Shown here: positions 31,458 through 43,598 of the stretch, one piece after another | Layout: each line of letters opens with the position of its first letter | Numbering within the stretch: position 1 is the stretch's first letter | Assembly: GCA_963729045.1 (NCBI GenBank) | Contig: CAVSMN010000015.1 | Span: 96,001-160,000, forward strand | Direction of reading: 5' to 3' | DNA: 64,000 nt | Source: an uncultured Nitrososphaeraceae archaeon | GTDB lineage: Archaea > Thermoproteota > Nitrososphaeria > Nitrososphaerales > Nitrososphaeraceae | The notes under the pieces: generated by a model | Told to the model about the DNA's origin: nothing | The model's database searches: none | Seen by the model: the letters and a program-made list of their open reading frames with translations, nothing else | Made by a program: the position numbers and the translations under genes

Positions 31458-32945
31458 ATGCTTGGATATCAATTGATTTCTAATAATGTTCCTTTAAAAA
31501 AAAACAATATAACAAAAAGTAATGAAAGACCCTCTAATACTATAGTCACTGTTAATCCTGCTACTGAAGAAATTATTAAAGAATATAGATTAATATCAAA
31601 GGATGAAATTACAACTTTAGCTAATAAATCTAAAAAAGCTTTCAAAGAATGGAAAAAGGACTATCGTAAGAGAACGGGCTTTCTATATGCCTTTGCTAAT
31701 GAATTTAAGAAAGAAAAGGAAAGACTAGCTCGAATAGCCACCTCAGAGATGGGAAAAACCGTTAAAGAAGCCAGATCTGAAATAGACAAGTGTATTTGGG
31801 CTGTAGAATATTTTGCAGACAACGGCGGAGTCTTTTTACATGATGAAGTTATTAATACAGACGCCAGGAAATCTATAGTCACATTTGAACCGTTAGGGGT
31901 AATCGCAAGTCTGATGCCCTGGAATTTTCCCTATTGGCAGGCACTTAGATTCGCTGCACCGTCACTGATAGCAGGTAATACCATTATCTTGAAACCTTCC
32001 AGTGTTACTATGCAATGTGGACTGGAAATCGAGAGGATTTTTGAAAAGATTGGCTTACCCGACAATGTTTTTAAAACAGTTATTGCTTCCTCCGTTGAAG
32101 CGGAATATTTAATCGACTCTGATGATGTTAGTGCAGTTACTTTTACTGGTAGTGTACCCGTGGGTGCAAAGGTGGCCAAGCATGCAACCGCACAATTAAA
32201 AAAAATAGTATTAGAGTTAGGAGGTAGCGATCCATTCATCGTATGCGAAGATGCAGATATTGATAAAGCGTCAAGTGGAGCTGTAAAAGGACGTTTCATA
32301 AACTGTGGACAAAGTTGTATAGCATCTAAACGCTTTATTGTTGTCAAAAACGTAGCTTCTCAATTTATTGAAAAATTTGTTGAAAAGACAGAAAAATTAA
32401 AAATTGGAGATCCACTTTCAGAAGAAACTGATATCGGGCCATTGGTAAACTCTTCTGCATTAGAAAATATTGACGAAATGGTAAAGAGATCTTTGAAAGA
32501 GGGCGCAGAATTGGTAACAGGCGGACAGCGATTGGGTAGAAAAAATGAGGGTAATGAAAAAGGATATTTCTACAAACCAACTATTTTAAAAAATGTTACT
32601 CCTAATATGGAAGTAGCTCGAGAAGAAACATTTGGTCCGATTGCTCCGGTAATAGTGGTAGAAGATGAACAAGAAGCATTGGAAATAGCAAACGATACAA
32701 AATTTGGCCTCGGAGCAAGCATTTGGACTCAAAATTTGGGGAAAGCGGAAAAATACTCAAAATTACTACAGGCTGGAATTGTTACGGTCAATAATGTTGT
32801 TGTATCAGATCCTAGAGTTCCATTCGGTGGAATCAAAAATAGTGGATTTGGGAGGGAATTATCAAAGCATGGAATGTTTGAGTTCGTAAACATCAAGTCT
32901 ATAAGATTCTATGATCAGCTGATTCACCACCACTATGTTGAATAA
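31458..32945 (+). CDS. NAD(P)-dependent aldehyde dehydrogenase, succinate-semialdehyde-DH-like
   Basis: PWNFP, FTGS, LELGGSDP, GQSC, EETFGP, PFGGIK.SGFGRE. Confidence 0.92.
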   Translation: MLGYQLISNNVPLKKNNITKSNERPSNTIVTVNPATEEIIKEYRLISKDEITTLANKSKKAFKEWKKDYRKRTGFLYAFANEFKKEKERLARIATSEMGKTVKEARSEIDKCIWAVEYFADNGGVFLHDEVINTDARKSIVTFEPLGVIASLMPWNFPYWQALRFAAPSLIAGNTIILKPSSVTMQCGLEIERIFEKIGLPDNVFKTVIASSVEAEYLIDSDDVSAVTFTGSVPVGAKVAKHATAQLKKIVLELGGSDPFIVCEDADIDKASSGAVKGRFINCGQSCIASKRFIVVKNVASQFIEKFVEKTEKLKIGDPLSEETDIGPLVNSSALENIDEMVKRSLKEGAELVTGGQRLGRKNEGNEKGYFYKPTILKNVTPNMEVAREETFGPIAPVIVVEDEQEALEIANDTKFGLGASIWTQNLGKAEKYSKLLQAGIVTVNNVVVSDPRVPFGGIKNSGFGRELSKHGMFEFVNIKSIRFYDQLIHHHYVE

Positions 32946-33270
32946 AAAAAAGAATAAGAATCAATCTTAAAACGATTCTATTTTTTTGTTATATCGATTG
33001 AAGCAACGAAAAGTTGGTTGGTCGTTTAGTCTTATTGCCATCAAAAAGAAAATAATCCATGAAAAATCACTTTTGTAGTCGATAAATAACCAGCCTATCA
33101 GCCAGCCAGCCTTGTGATTTCGTCTTATTTTAGATTTGCTGCCTGAAATAGTAATGTTCGTAATTAAAATTTAGTAACATTCTTTGATATATTTCCTAGA
33201 TGCCCAAAATCTGGAGATTTCTAAAATTGGTTAAGTGATGTTTTAATATATTGTATCCCATTTTGTTTTA

Positions 33271-34231
33271 TTGAATGATGTTCGTTATTGCCTGGAAATT
33301 TGGGGAACGGATTATGAAAAAATTAAGCAAACATGTATGTTAGCTGAAGAGCTTGGATATTACGGATTTTATTATGGTGAGTCATTAACTGAAATTGACC
33401 TTGACTGTTGGACAGTTCTATCCACACTGATCCCAATTACTAATAAAATTAAACTTGGTCCCGTTATCACGTATATACTTCCAGATTATAGAAGCTTGGC
33501 CTTACTTGTAAAACAATCAATTACTTTTCAAGATGTTTCAAAAGGACGCCTTGAATTTAGAACCGGAGCTGGTGCAAGTCTAAAATATTCTCTTCAGTGG
33601 TGGTATCCTTATGGAATTGACTATTCAGATGCAATTTATCGTGTGGCTTTGTTTAACGAAGGAGTTCAATTACTATCAAAATTGCTGGGAAACCATGATT
33701 TAAAATATAGCCAGTCAGCGAGCACTTTAACAAATTTTGATGGACAATTTTATAAAATACGGGGTGCTTCATTTGTCAAACCTAAAATTAGAATTCCTAT
33801 AACGATAGCAGCCAAAAAAGATAGAATGATGAAAATTGCTGCAAATTATGCAGATGTATGGGAATGTTCCTATTTGACTCCCCATGAATATTTTTCATTA
33901 AACGAAAGATTTGAAAGATTATTAAAAACCCAAAATAACCAAGAATCTAAAGATCTACAGAATAAAGTGGTCAAGAGGTCGATTGAATTGGATGTTCTTA
34001 TTGCTAGTACCGAACAAGAACTCGAGTACAAGAAAAAAGTTTTTGCTATGGAGAGGGGGCCGGGTGTTTACAATCAAATACTAAAGAAGGGCCTTGTGGG
34101 AAATTCTGCTGAGGTGAGTGCCAGGATACAAGAATACGTGGAATCTAGGTATCAATCAGTTTTTTCTTGCATTTCAAGATCCGTTTGACCTAAAATCCAT
34201 AGAATTATTCATGGATGCCGTCAAAAGTTGA
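33271..34231 (+). CDS. LLM-class (luciferase-like, possibly F420-dependent) oxidoreductase (C-terminal frameshift near 34147)
   Basis: AEELGY, T.KIKLG, SKGRLE...GAG, AA.YADVW; the other frame gives GINQFFL..DP to TGA at 34231. Confidence 0.85.
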
Positions 34232-34461
34232 AATTCTTAATTTTTCTATCCTTCTGAGGATACCATAGAATTAAAAATGTTTTAATTCTTCTTACTTTTT
34301 TTGAATCTATCGATGTTTATTAACTCATTTTTTTGACATTTTTGGAGTTTTAGGAACATAGAGAAATAAATACGGCAAAATCCCCACAGATAATCACTAA
34401 TGATGATATTTTAGATTAGCAAAGATTTTTTACTTCTTGTACATCGTTTATGAGGTAGACA

Positions 34462-35254
34462 ATGAATTTAGAAATTGCAAATAAAAAAAGACATCATTTT
34501 TTGTTTGGAAAAACATGCATTGCATCAATTGTTTTTATGGCTGCGATGATATTTTTTTCTTATCAAGTTTCGTATGCTCAGCTGGACTTGTCTGATAACT
34601 TCAGCAGTAGCACCAGCAGTGGTGACAGTGGTAGACAGTGGCAGCAGTAGTAATAAAACAATTACTCCTTCTTTAATGGAGAACGGAAACGTATCAATTG
34701 GATCCTTTTCGAGCTTTGTTAATGACATTAATAGCCTTTTAGCGTCTAATTCCTCAAAATCCCTTTCAAATGGTACCTCAAATTCCCAGACTGATACACC
34801 ATCATTAAACTTACTAGCTTTGGATGAAATAACAATTCAAAACACTTCAATGTCGGTACCTGCACCGGTAAGACATCCAGGCCAGCCATCACACGAAGTA
34901 GTTTTTGCTCTTCCATTAAGAAATGATGGCAATATTTGGTCAGGCACAGTAACATTTACAGCAAGTAAACCGATAGAAGTCGAGGTCCTTCATACTTACG
35001 CACCAATGGAAAACCCCGATTCAACTCATGGTGAGCCATATCATGCAGTCTTGCCTGGAAATAAGAGCATTGCAATAACTCATCTTCGACATTTGGTTGA
35101 TGTGCCGATTGAAATCAATGGAACTGGAATAAGTTCAGGGACACTAAATTTTGCAGGTAACGCATTAGTATTTCACAAGACCAGCGGGGAGCCATTCACA
35201 GTAACCTATACTATTGATGCTATTGCAAAGGAATTAACTAAACTTAGAAAATAG
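34462..35254 (+). CDS. Secreted hypothetical protein (frameshift near 34634)
   Basis: Signal peptide in ORF 34462-34650 joins an S-rich linker and beta-rich domain (W.GTVTFTASKPIEVEVLH) of ORF 34574-35254. Confidence 0.7.
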
Positions 35255-35781
35255 ATAATAATACCTCTGATCTTGTCAACTAGATACTAATCATTAGTTC
35301 CTTAATTCCAGATCCCAAATTAATTGAGTGGGTGGGGGGGGCGGAAGTTGAGACAATTTTTTTTGTTGGTTAATGACAGGACTAGAGGTCTTTTTCGTCA
35401 TTTGCTCCAGATTTTCTTTTTGAGATAGGTGGATTAAAAGTCATATTGGTTGCTCGTAGGATAATTGCAAATTGTATATAATACATAATGAAAAGAAGGA
35501 TCTAACTAGACTACTCTATGATTAACCATGCTTGATCTCAAATGTCCCAGCCGTATAACGTATTATCTATTAATAACTGCAAACTAGATATATCCATTAA
35601 TCAGACTTCGTAGAACATAAGAACAGTCTACTATCTGATTATGGTAAATACAATAAATTTATGAGACTTTGATTTGGTAATAAGGCAGTGATAGACAAAA
35701 AAAAGAATTATTGATTTGTGTTTAATATATCTAAATCAGGATTAAAAAGTAAGTCTCAAAAAAAAGCACCAACCATATTAA

Positions 35782-37095
35782 TTAGTTCAAAATGAATGAT
35801 TGTAGAGATGCAAGACGAGTATCTATATTATCAGTTCGGACATAGGTAAATCCCGAACCTTGATAAACTGTTTCTATGAATCCTAATCTATCCCTAATTT
35901 CCTCATGATCTTGCAGTTTAGAAGCGTCTTTTAAAGTCCAATACCATACCTCTTTTCCTGTACCGGGATCGATATATGCTTCTATAACACGTTTGTTATC
36001 TTCTGTCAAAAAAGTTTTCACTTTGAGGGTAACATTGTTAGTATTTGTGAGATCGTTTAGGAAATAGTCTTTGCTCTTATTGTCGTTTGAGTGAAAAATA
36101 AAATCATCTCCTGCTAGATTTTTTACATCATTAATTGTAAGTTTTAAGTATCTGCCATCATCCCGATAATCCATAATATACGGATTACTGCTATTTGAAA
36201 CGTCAAATACTACTCCTATTCCTCTCCGTTCGATATCGGGTGCATCAGATGCATGAAAACCGGTATTAAACATGATCTCAATATAAGTTTCATTATCAAA
36301 TTTATCCTTTGGTTCCTTAAAATAACCCAATATATTTCCCTTCCAAACTATCATTTGATTCTTTGCAGCATTCATATCTAAACTTCCGTTGATGTTTTCT
36401 CTTTCAATTTCAATCCTGGGTGAATTTATGTGTTTGTTGTGTCCTTGAGTGTGCTTTCCAAGATCCAAATTAACTCTTATTTTCTTGTCAGAATTAAGCG
36501 GATCAACTAATTCGTACGAATATTGTTTGTTGAATTTTGTATCCGCTATCAATAAGCCTTTTTCGTCAAAAATTTCATTATCTGGTATTTCTTCTTCTAC
36601 TTGCTCTTCTTCCTCTTTATTATTGTCCTCATCCTCCTCAACATTAGTTTGATTTACATCTTCTTTTGTGTAGCACATTATTTCCGATGAACTGTTTGCT
36701 TCTGTGGAGCAATCATATGGATACATTATTTTTAGAAATGGACAAATATTGGTGATCGTCTTAGAATCCTCGATAGGTTCAGGTTCGGTGATATTTCCTA
36801 TCCCGCTTTCATTATGGGGGACGGATATTATGTCATTTATAGAAGATTCAAAGGTATTATTTTGTACAGGATTATTGTAAAATTCTGGACAATTCTTGGT
36901 ATCTGTTGTATTTAGTAAAACATAGTTTTTCCCTTGAACATGACCTATTGTTTGAGCCATGGCAATAATTTCAATGTTAGAATCGGGACCTGCAATCAAA
37001 ATATTGATGTTCGCATAAAAGATGATAAAAGAAAAGACAATAAATGTGAAAAATAAGATAAAAAAACCGTTGGAAAAAGTATGTCTAGTTACCAA
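35782..37095 (-). CDS. Membrane-anchored or secreted hypothetical protein with acidic linker and beta-rich C-domain
   Basis: N-terminal TM helix, Cys-containing region, E-rich linker. Confidence 0.75.
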   Translation of the reverse strand: MVTRHTFSNGFFILFFTFIVFSFIIFYANINILIAGPDSNIEIIAMAQTIGHVQGKNYVLLNTTDTKNCPEFYNNPVQNNTFESSINDIISVPHNESGIGNITEPEPIEDSKTITNICPFLKIMYPYDCSTEANSSSEIMCYTKEDVNQTNVEEDEDNNKEEEEQVEEEIPDNEIFDEKGLLIADTKFNKQYSYELVDPLNSDKKIRVNLDLGKHTQGHNKHINSPRIEIERENINGSLDMNAAKNQMIVWKGNILGYFKEPKDKFDNETYIEIMFNTGFHASDAPDIERRGIGVVFDVSNSSNPYIMDYRDDGRYLKLTINDVKNLAGDDFIFHSNDNKSKDYFLNDLTNTNNVTLKVKTFLTEDNKRVIEAYIDPGTGKEVWYWTLKDASKLQDHEEIRDRLGFIETVYQGSGFTYVRTDNIDTRLASLQSFILN

Positions 37096-37720
37096 TTTTT
37101 TAAATACTATAAATCTTGTATTATATAAACGAATAAAAGCCGTTTGAGATAAGCTTTATATTTAATAACGTTTACAATGGTTTCAATATTGATTGAAATG
37201 ATCTTTTTTTGTTAAATATCATATTTTATTATTAATAATTTGATAATTTTACTAATAGATCATATAGTACAATTTTTAAAGTCTTAATAAGCTAACAAGT
37301 TTGATACGTTCTAATTAGACACATGTTACTGTGATCTTTTCCACTCATATTTTTTATACCCGCGTTAAATACTGATACTCCCAATCAAAATTAAAAATAT
37401 TCTTGATAATTTTTCTTGTTCTAAAGTCTAGACAGGATTACTGATACTTTTATACGACCAATCTTGCAAAACCATAATAACTGATCTTTAATGATACTCT
37501 GTTGTATCTTTTCTATAAATTATGAAAAATTTTAGTTTAATTAATAAAATAACTTAAATTCAAAGTCATAGTTAAATGCCCTTTGTTTTTTAGAGAATTT
37601 AAGCCCTTAACATAAATCAGATCAATTCAAATTTGTCATTATTTCGTCTCCCTGGGACTCTAAAAAGCACCCAAAGCAAGTGAATAAATCTAATAGGTGG
37701 TGGCTCACTAGACTATTTAT

Positions 37721-38299
37721 ATGAATGACCAAGCCGAAAATTCGAACAAATCTGATGGTTTTGAAGAGATAACTCTGGCAAATGGGTGCTTTTGGTGCAC
37801 AGAGGCCATTTTTAAGCGAGTTCGAGGGATTCTCTCAGTCTTACCTGGCTATTCGGGCGGGTTTCTAACCGATCCGTCATATGACCAAGTTTGTACAGGC
37901 GAAACTGGTCACGCTGAAGCTATCCAAATCCGATTTGATCCAAAAATCATTCCGCTAGAAAAACTTTTTGAAATATTTTGGTATACCCACGATCCAACTA
38001 CACTTAATAGACAGGGTAATGATGTAGGAACGCAATATCGATCTGCCATTTTTTATCAAACACCAAAACAAAAGGATACAGCAACTAAAGTGAAAGAAGA
38101 TATTGAGAAAAAGAAAGTATACTCTAATCCTATAGTCACTGAAATTACTCCTTTTAAAAATTTTTATCCTGCTGAGAAATATCATATGAATTACTACGAT
38201 AACAACAAGAATGTACCCTATTGTAGTTATGTGATTGATCCAAAAGTAGAAAAATTATTATCAAAATTTCAAGACAATGTAAAGGATGAATACTTGTAG
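37721..38299 (+). CDS. msrA: Peptide-methionine (S)-S-oxide reductase
   Basis: GCFWC, GHAE, QGNDVGTQYRS, AEKYH. Confidence 0.96.
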   Translation: MNDQAENSNKSDGFEEITLANGCFWCTEAIFKRVRGILSVLPGYSGGFLTDPSYDQVCTGETGHAEAIQIRFDPKIIPLEKLFEIFWYTHDPTTLNRQGNDVGTQYRSAIFYQTPKQKDTATKVKEDIEKKKVYSNPIVTEITPFKNFYPAEKYHMNYYDNNKNVPYCSYVIDPKVEKLLSKFQDNVKDEYL

Positions 38300-38613
38300 G
38301 TTTACAAGTTACTCATGATAGTAATACAAGTTATTGAAATCTTTTGAACTAAGTATGCCTTTTTGAGAACGTAACCTTAAAATCAATAGCATCAGCAAAT
38401 TCTCAATTTAGATTTTCTTATCTAGATAAAACTCTCCATAAAAGATGTTCCCTAGGGCTAATATGTCTATAGTTCATCTGAAGAAATATGATGATTATAT
38501 TGTCTATTTTGGCCAAACTATATATCGTACTGCCAGTCTCCAGGGAAGTTACAAGTACATTTATTATCTAAATACATTTATGAATTTAAATTCCATAGGA
38601 ATAAACAATAAGC

Positions 38614-39384
38614 ATGGAAGGCATTCACGGCGAATACCATGATGATGCGACTCAAATTCAGAAAATAATTGAAAAATCGGAAAATTTCGTATTTTTTACA
38701 GGAGCTGGGATTTCAAGAGAAAGTGGAATTCCTACATTTAGGGATAAGGATGGGCTGTGGAAAAAGTACGACCCAGCAAAACTTGCTTCATACTCTGCTT
38801 TTATTTCAAATCCAAAATTGGTTTGGGATTTCTTTTACTCACGACAGAGACTTGTATGCCAAGCTGAATGTAATGATGCTCATACAGCCATAGGGAGATT
38901 TGAAAACACAAGGCCCAAAAGGAGTCATGTTATAACCCAAAATATTGATAGACTACATCAACGAGGCGGTTCCCAAAATGTTATAGAGCTGCATGGAAAC
39001 ATTTTTGGAATGTTTTGTATAGCTTGTGGAAAAAGAGAACAGTATGATTATTTTAATTTTTTTGATAACTTTAATGAAGAAAAAATCCCAATTTGTCTAG
39101 TTTGTAATAATATATTAAAGCCAGATGTGGTGCTGTTTGAGGAGCAATTACCACAAGATGCTTGGAGTCAAGCCGTTCAATTGTCATCTGAATGTGACGT
39201 AATGTTTGTTATTGGAACATCATTAAACGTTTCTCCAGCTAATACTTTACCATATCATGCTGTTAAAAACCACGCAGTGCTGGTCGAAATAAATCCCAAT
39301 GTTACTGAAATGAGTTCACTAATGGATTTTTCAATAAGAGAAAGCGCATCAAAGGTCTTACCAAGAATACTAGATGTCGATTAG
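38614..39384 (+). CDS. cobB: Sir2/CobB NAD-dependent protein deacylase
   Basis: TGAGIS.ESGIPTFR, TQNID, ELHG, two CxxC, GTSL. Confidence 0.95.
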   Translation: MEGIHGEYHDDATQIQKIIEKSENFVFFTGAGISRESGIPTFRDKDGLWKKYDPAKLASYSAFISNPKLVWDFFYSRQRLVCQAECNDAHTAIGRFENTRPKRSHVITQNIDRLHQRGGSQNVIELHGNIFGMFCIACGKREQYDYFNFFDNFNEEKIPICLVCNNILKPDVVLFEEQLPQDAWSQAVQLSSECDVMFVIGTSLNVSPANTLPYHAVKNHAVLVEINPNVTEMSSLMDFSIRESASKVLPRILDVD

Positions 39385-39605
39385 CATTTAATCAACATCA
39401 AGAGGAGAGCAGGTTGAGATTGATGATTTGAAATTTCTTTACTAGTTCGTCTACTGGAGAAGAAGTGACCATCTTTTTCTTGGGTGCAAGTTAGAATCTT
39501 CTTTTTACCTATCTAAATCCAGGAAATTGAAAATAAAATTGGCATAAGCAGCTTTGCAAATAATTATTATGGTTTAAATATTATTAATTTAAAAATTTAT
39601 AATAT

Positions 39606-40008
39606 TTGAAATGTCTTTCTTTAAAACAGCCTTATGCTGATTTGCTAGCAACTGGAAGAAAGACTATAGAAATCAGAAAATGGAATACCAACTTTCGAGG
39701 TCCATTCTTGATACACGCCTCAAAAAATGTTAACAAAGATGCTTGCTTGACTTTAGGATATGATGAAAGCAAGATAGTTAAGGGTGCGATTATAGGAAAG
39801 GCATTTGTGTATGATGTTATAAAGTATACAACTATTGATGTTTTTTTGGACGATCGCCAAAAGCATTTCTCAATTGAGGATATAAAATTAGATCATTCGT
39901 TTAAGAGATATGGATTTTTAGTAAAGGATGCTTTGAAATTTAGGGAAGATAATTCCTTATTTGGGGAAATTAGGCTTTTTTGATGTATCTGATTTGAGGA
40001 TGAGATAG
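39606..40008 (+). CDS. ASCH-domain protein (C-terminal frameshift near 39945)
   Basis: LSLKQPYA.L...G.KTIEIR.W...RG..LIHAS; the other frame ends IPYLGKLGFFDV. Confidence 0.88.
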
Positions 40009-40274
40009 AAAAGTGTTTTTACTCGATATATGAATTATTTTGTATGCTCCAGTGAACCTAATTGTTACATTACCTTCTGTGGGATATGAATAATAATAGA
40101 GAAAAAAGAGCAAGACAAGGTAAAGTAAAATGAGGAAGAGTTTCTTGATCTTTTTTAAGAGAGGTTGTTATCTGAAAGATTAGTAACTGTAATGGTGATG
40201 GCTAAAGGGATGGTGATGGCAAAGACAGACAGAAGGAAGGAGAGGAGGAGAGGAGGATTGATCAAACTCTTTCT

Positions 40275-42603
40275 TTACCTTGATCTTAGGATGTTAAGGG
40301 CAGAACCAGCACGAAACCACTTTAGTTGAGCATCATTGTATGAGTGTATTAACGGTATTTGTTCTTCAGTACCATCATTATGGTACAAGATAGCAGTTAC
40401 CACTCCTTTAGGTCTAAGATCTCGCAAATTAATTATGCTTATTCTATCGTCCTCTCTTATTTTCTCATAGTCAGATGATTCTACAAATGTTAATGCTAGA
40501 ATCCCTTGTTTCTTTAGATTTGTTTCATGTATTCTGGCAAAACTTTTTGCAATTACTGCAGCACATCCTAAATACCTCGGAGTCATTGCCGCATGTTCAC
40601 GGCTGCTACCTTCGCCATAATTCTTATCCCCAATGATTATCCATTTTAACCCGTTCTGCTTGTACTCCCTAGCGATATGGGAAAAGGTTTCAATGTTCTT
40701 ATTTAAAAGATTGAGTCCTTTACCTACTTCTCCGTCTCTAAATGCATTTACTGCACCCAGTAACAAATTGTCGCTTAATCTATCTAGGTGGCCTCTATAC
40801 ATCAACCAGGGACCAGCAGGAGAAATATGATTCTGTTGTACATTTTCCCTTTACCTTGGTCAATACCGGTAATTTGCTAAAGTCGTTTCCATCCCATTCT
40901 AAAAAGGGCTCTAATGCTTGGAGTCTTTGACTATTTTTGTCTATTACCACTGCCACACTTTCAGGGTCTATAGCAGGAGGGACATAGATATCGACCGTGT
41001 CTTTAAAGCCATCTTTTGGGACTTCTGGGGCTACTTTAGGGGGGTTTAGTTTGAATTTTGTTCCGTCGCTTGCTTCTAATTCATCCTTTAATGGGTTAAA
41101 GGAGAGTCGACCGCCTAGGGCTAGGGCGATTACAAGTTCTGGACTACCAATAAAGTTCATGGTTTCCCTTCTACCATCGTTTCTCCCGGGAAAGTTTCTG
41201 TTATAGGATGTGACTATTGTATTTGGTTCTCCTTTTTTTATTTCAGGCCTGCTCCATTGCCCAATGCAGGGTCCGCATGCATTTGCTAATACGTTTGCTC
41301 CAATATCTCTTAATAATTGGATCTGACCGTCTCTTTCTATTGTTTCTCTTATCATTTCTGAGCCCGGTGTAACTTGAAGAGGCGTTTTTGTCCTAATTCC
41401 TTTTTCTATTGCCTGCTTTGCTATATCAGCTGCACGGGACATGTCCTCGTAAGATGAATTCGTACAGCTTCCTATCAGGGAAACAGAAATAGTGTCTAGG
41501 TAGTTGTTTTTTTGAATGTCTTCAGCCATTTTTGAAATGGGTCTGGCCAGATCGGGGGTATGCGGACCAACAATGTAAGGTTCTAGTTCATCTAGGTTTA
41601 TTTCAATAAGCTGATCGAAATACTTGGAAGCGTTTTCTCGATTCTGGCTGATTTCTTTTTCAATGACTGGGTCTAGGGTCAGCAATTCTTTGTTTTTATT
41701 AGCAATATCTGCTAGGTCGTTTCGGCCAGTAGAAATCAAATAGGATTCCATTTTGGCGTCGTATGAAAAAACAGAGCAGGTAGCACCTATCTCTGCTCCC
41801 ATATTTGTAATGGTGGCTTTTCCTGTACAGCTAACATTTCTTGCCCCTGGTCCAAAGTATTCTATTATTGCATTAGTCCCTCCAGAAACGGTTAGCTTTG
41901 AGGCAACAAATAGGATAATATCTTTAGGGGATGCCCAACCACTTAGTTTTCCTGTTAAATATACTCCGATTCTTTTTGGATACAAAACTTCCCAGGGCAG
42001 CCCTGCCATGACTTCAGCAGCGTCTAGTCCGCCTACTCCTATTGCAAGCATTCCTAGTCCTCCGGCATTTGGGGTATGAGAATCTGTTCCAATCATCAAT
42101 CCACCTGGAAATGCATAGTTTTCTAGGACAACCTGATGTATTATTCCAGCACCAGGTTTCCAAAATCCTATTCCATACTTTCGGGAAGCAGATTCTAGAA
42201 ATTGATACACTTCATTATTTTCGTAAATTGCAGCTTTGGTGTCTGAATCGCTGCCCACTCTTGCTTGGATCAAATGGTCGCAATGAACTGTGGTTGGAGC
42301 CAAAACTTGTTTTATACCTGCCTGCATAAATTGAAGAATAGTTGTTTGTCCTGTAACGTCTTGAAGGGCAACTCTGTCTGGGTTTAACAAGATATATCCA
42401 TTTCCTGGGGTTAAACCATTAAAGGTCATAAAATCAGTTGATTCATCAAGGTGGCCTATTAGAATTTTTTCTCCAAGTGTAAGAGGCTTATTTGAAACTT
42501 GTTTAAATTTTAGAATATTTTTTTGTAATTTTTCATATACTTTGGAAACCAAGTCTGTCTTGGTTGTTTTTCCTTTCAATTTCAAAGAATTTTGACTTGA
42601 CAT
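40275..42603 (-). CDS. acnA: Aconitate hydratase (frameshift near 40831)
   Basis: DSHT, GSCTNSS, CGPCIG, GEGSSREHAA; removing one A restores KCTTDHISPAGPW. Confidence 0.95.
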
Positions 42604-42889
42604 ACAGAAGACACGTACTTTAAAATGAACTTGCCAATATTTATCACTAATGCATTAGTCTGTAATTTTAAGAAGTCAAAATTGAATGCTCGAATTCGGA
42701 GCAGAGGTATCAGGGTTTTTGGGATGTAGTATCTCCTTATCTTATTGTCTATTTTCTATTTCGCTCATCGGTATGAAGATAATCACAGATGATTATTTCC
42801 TAATCATGTCTTTTATTTCAGTTCAGATGGATGAGAGAAAAAAAATAAGCAAATAATTAAAATAAGTTATAGTTTAAACAAAAAGCCTG

Positions 42890-43443
42890 ATGTTTTCAAA
42901 GATCTTGGTTGCATTTGATGGGTCAAAACCTTCATTGGATGCCGTAGAAAGTGCTATTGAAATCGGCAATATATATAATTCTTCATTAATCATTTTGCAC
43001 ATTTTAGACGGTTACAAATATCCGTACTTACTTTCAAGTGTTGTATTAGCCCCGACATATGGTTCTGACAAGTTAGAAAAAGAACGTCAGAAATTTGAGG
43101 ATTTGATGAATTCACTTAAAGAAAAGTACAATGCAGGAAAGAGGAAGATACTGACCACAGAAAATGATAAATTGATTTCAGAAGGAACCAGTACTACTTT
43201 ACTAATGATACCAGCACAGCTGGTTCTACTTCTACTGATCCAACTGGTTTAAGCTTTGAAACTGCAATTATTGAAGCTGAAACTTCAGCTGCTTCAACAA
43301 TAGTTGATTACGCCGAATCCAAAAATGTCGACTTGCTAGTAATAGGAAGTAAGGGCCGTACTGGTTTGAAAAAAATGCTAGTAGGAAGTACTGCTTCAGA
43401 AGTGGTGAAATATGCACACTGCCCTGTCCTTGTGGTAAGATAG
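42890..43443 (+). CDS. Universal stress protein (frameshift near 43200)
   Basis: KILVAFDGS; the second frame has DLLVIGSKGRTG...LVGS..V..AHCPVLVV, ending at TAG 43443. Confidence 0.88.
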
Positions 43444-43598
43444 ATTCGAGCCGGAAAAAATATTAGACAGAGTAGAATGAATTTGCAATTTTGCGGGTTA
43501 ATTTATTATTGAAACACCCTTAGTCGACACCGACAAAACTGTCCTGTGTCCAAGCTGAATGGTATCTTGTATTCATATGGGGCCAATCAGATTGGTTT

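Noticed and set aside
35330..35344. G-run GGGTGGGGGGGGCGG as a G-quadruplex
   Set aside because: At best two-tier, homopolymer length is unreliable in this assembly, and there is no other support.
40191..40260. Purine-rich short repeats (ATGGTGATGGC twice, GGAGAGGA)
   Set aside because: Low-complexity tract just downstream of the aconitase stop; most simply a pyrimidine-rich terminator region on the minus strand.
40825..40835. Programmed frameshifting in aconitase and other split genes
   Set aside because: No common slippery sequence or downstream structure; the scattered indels are better explained as sequence error.
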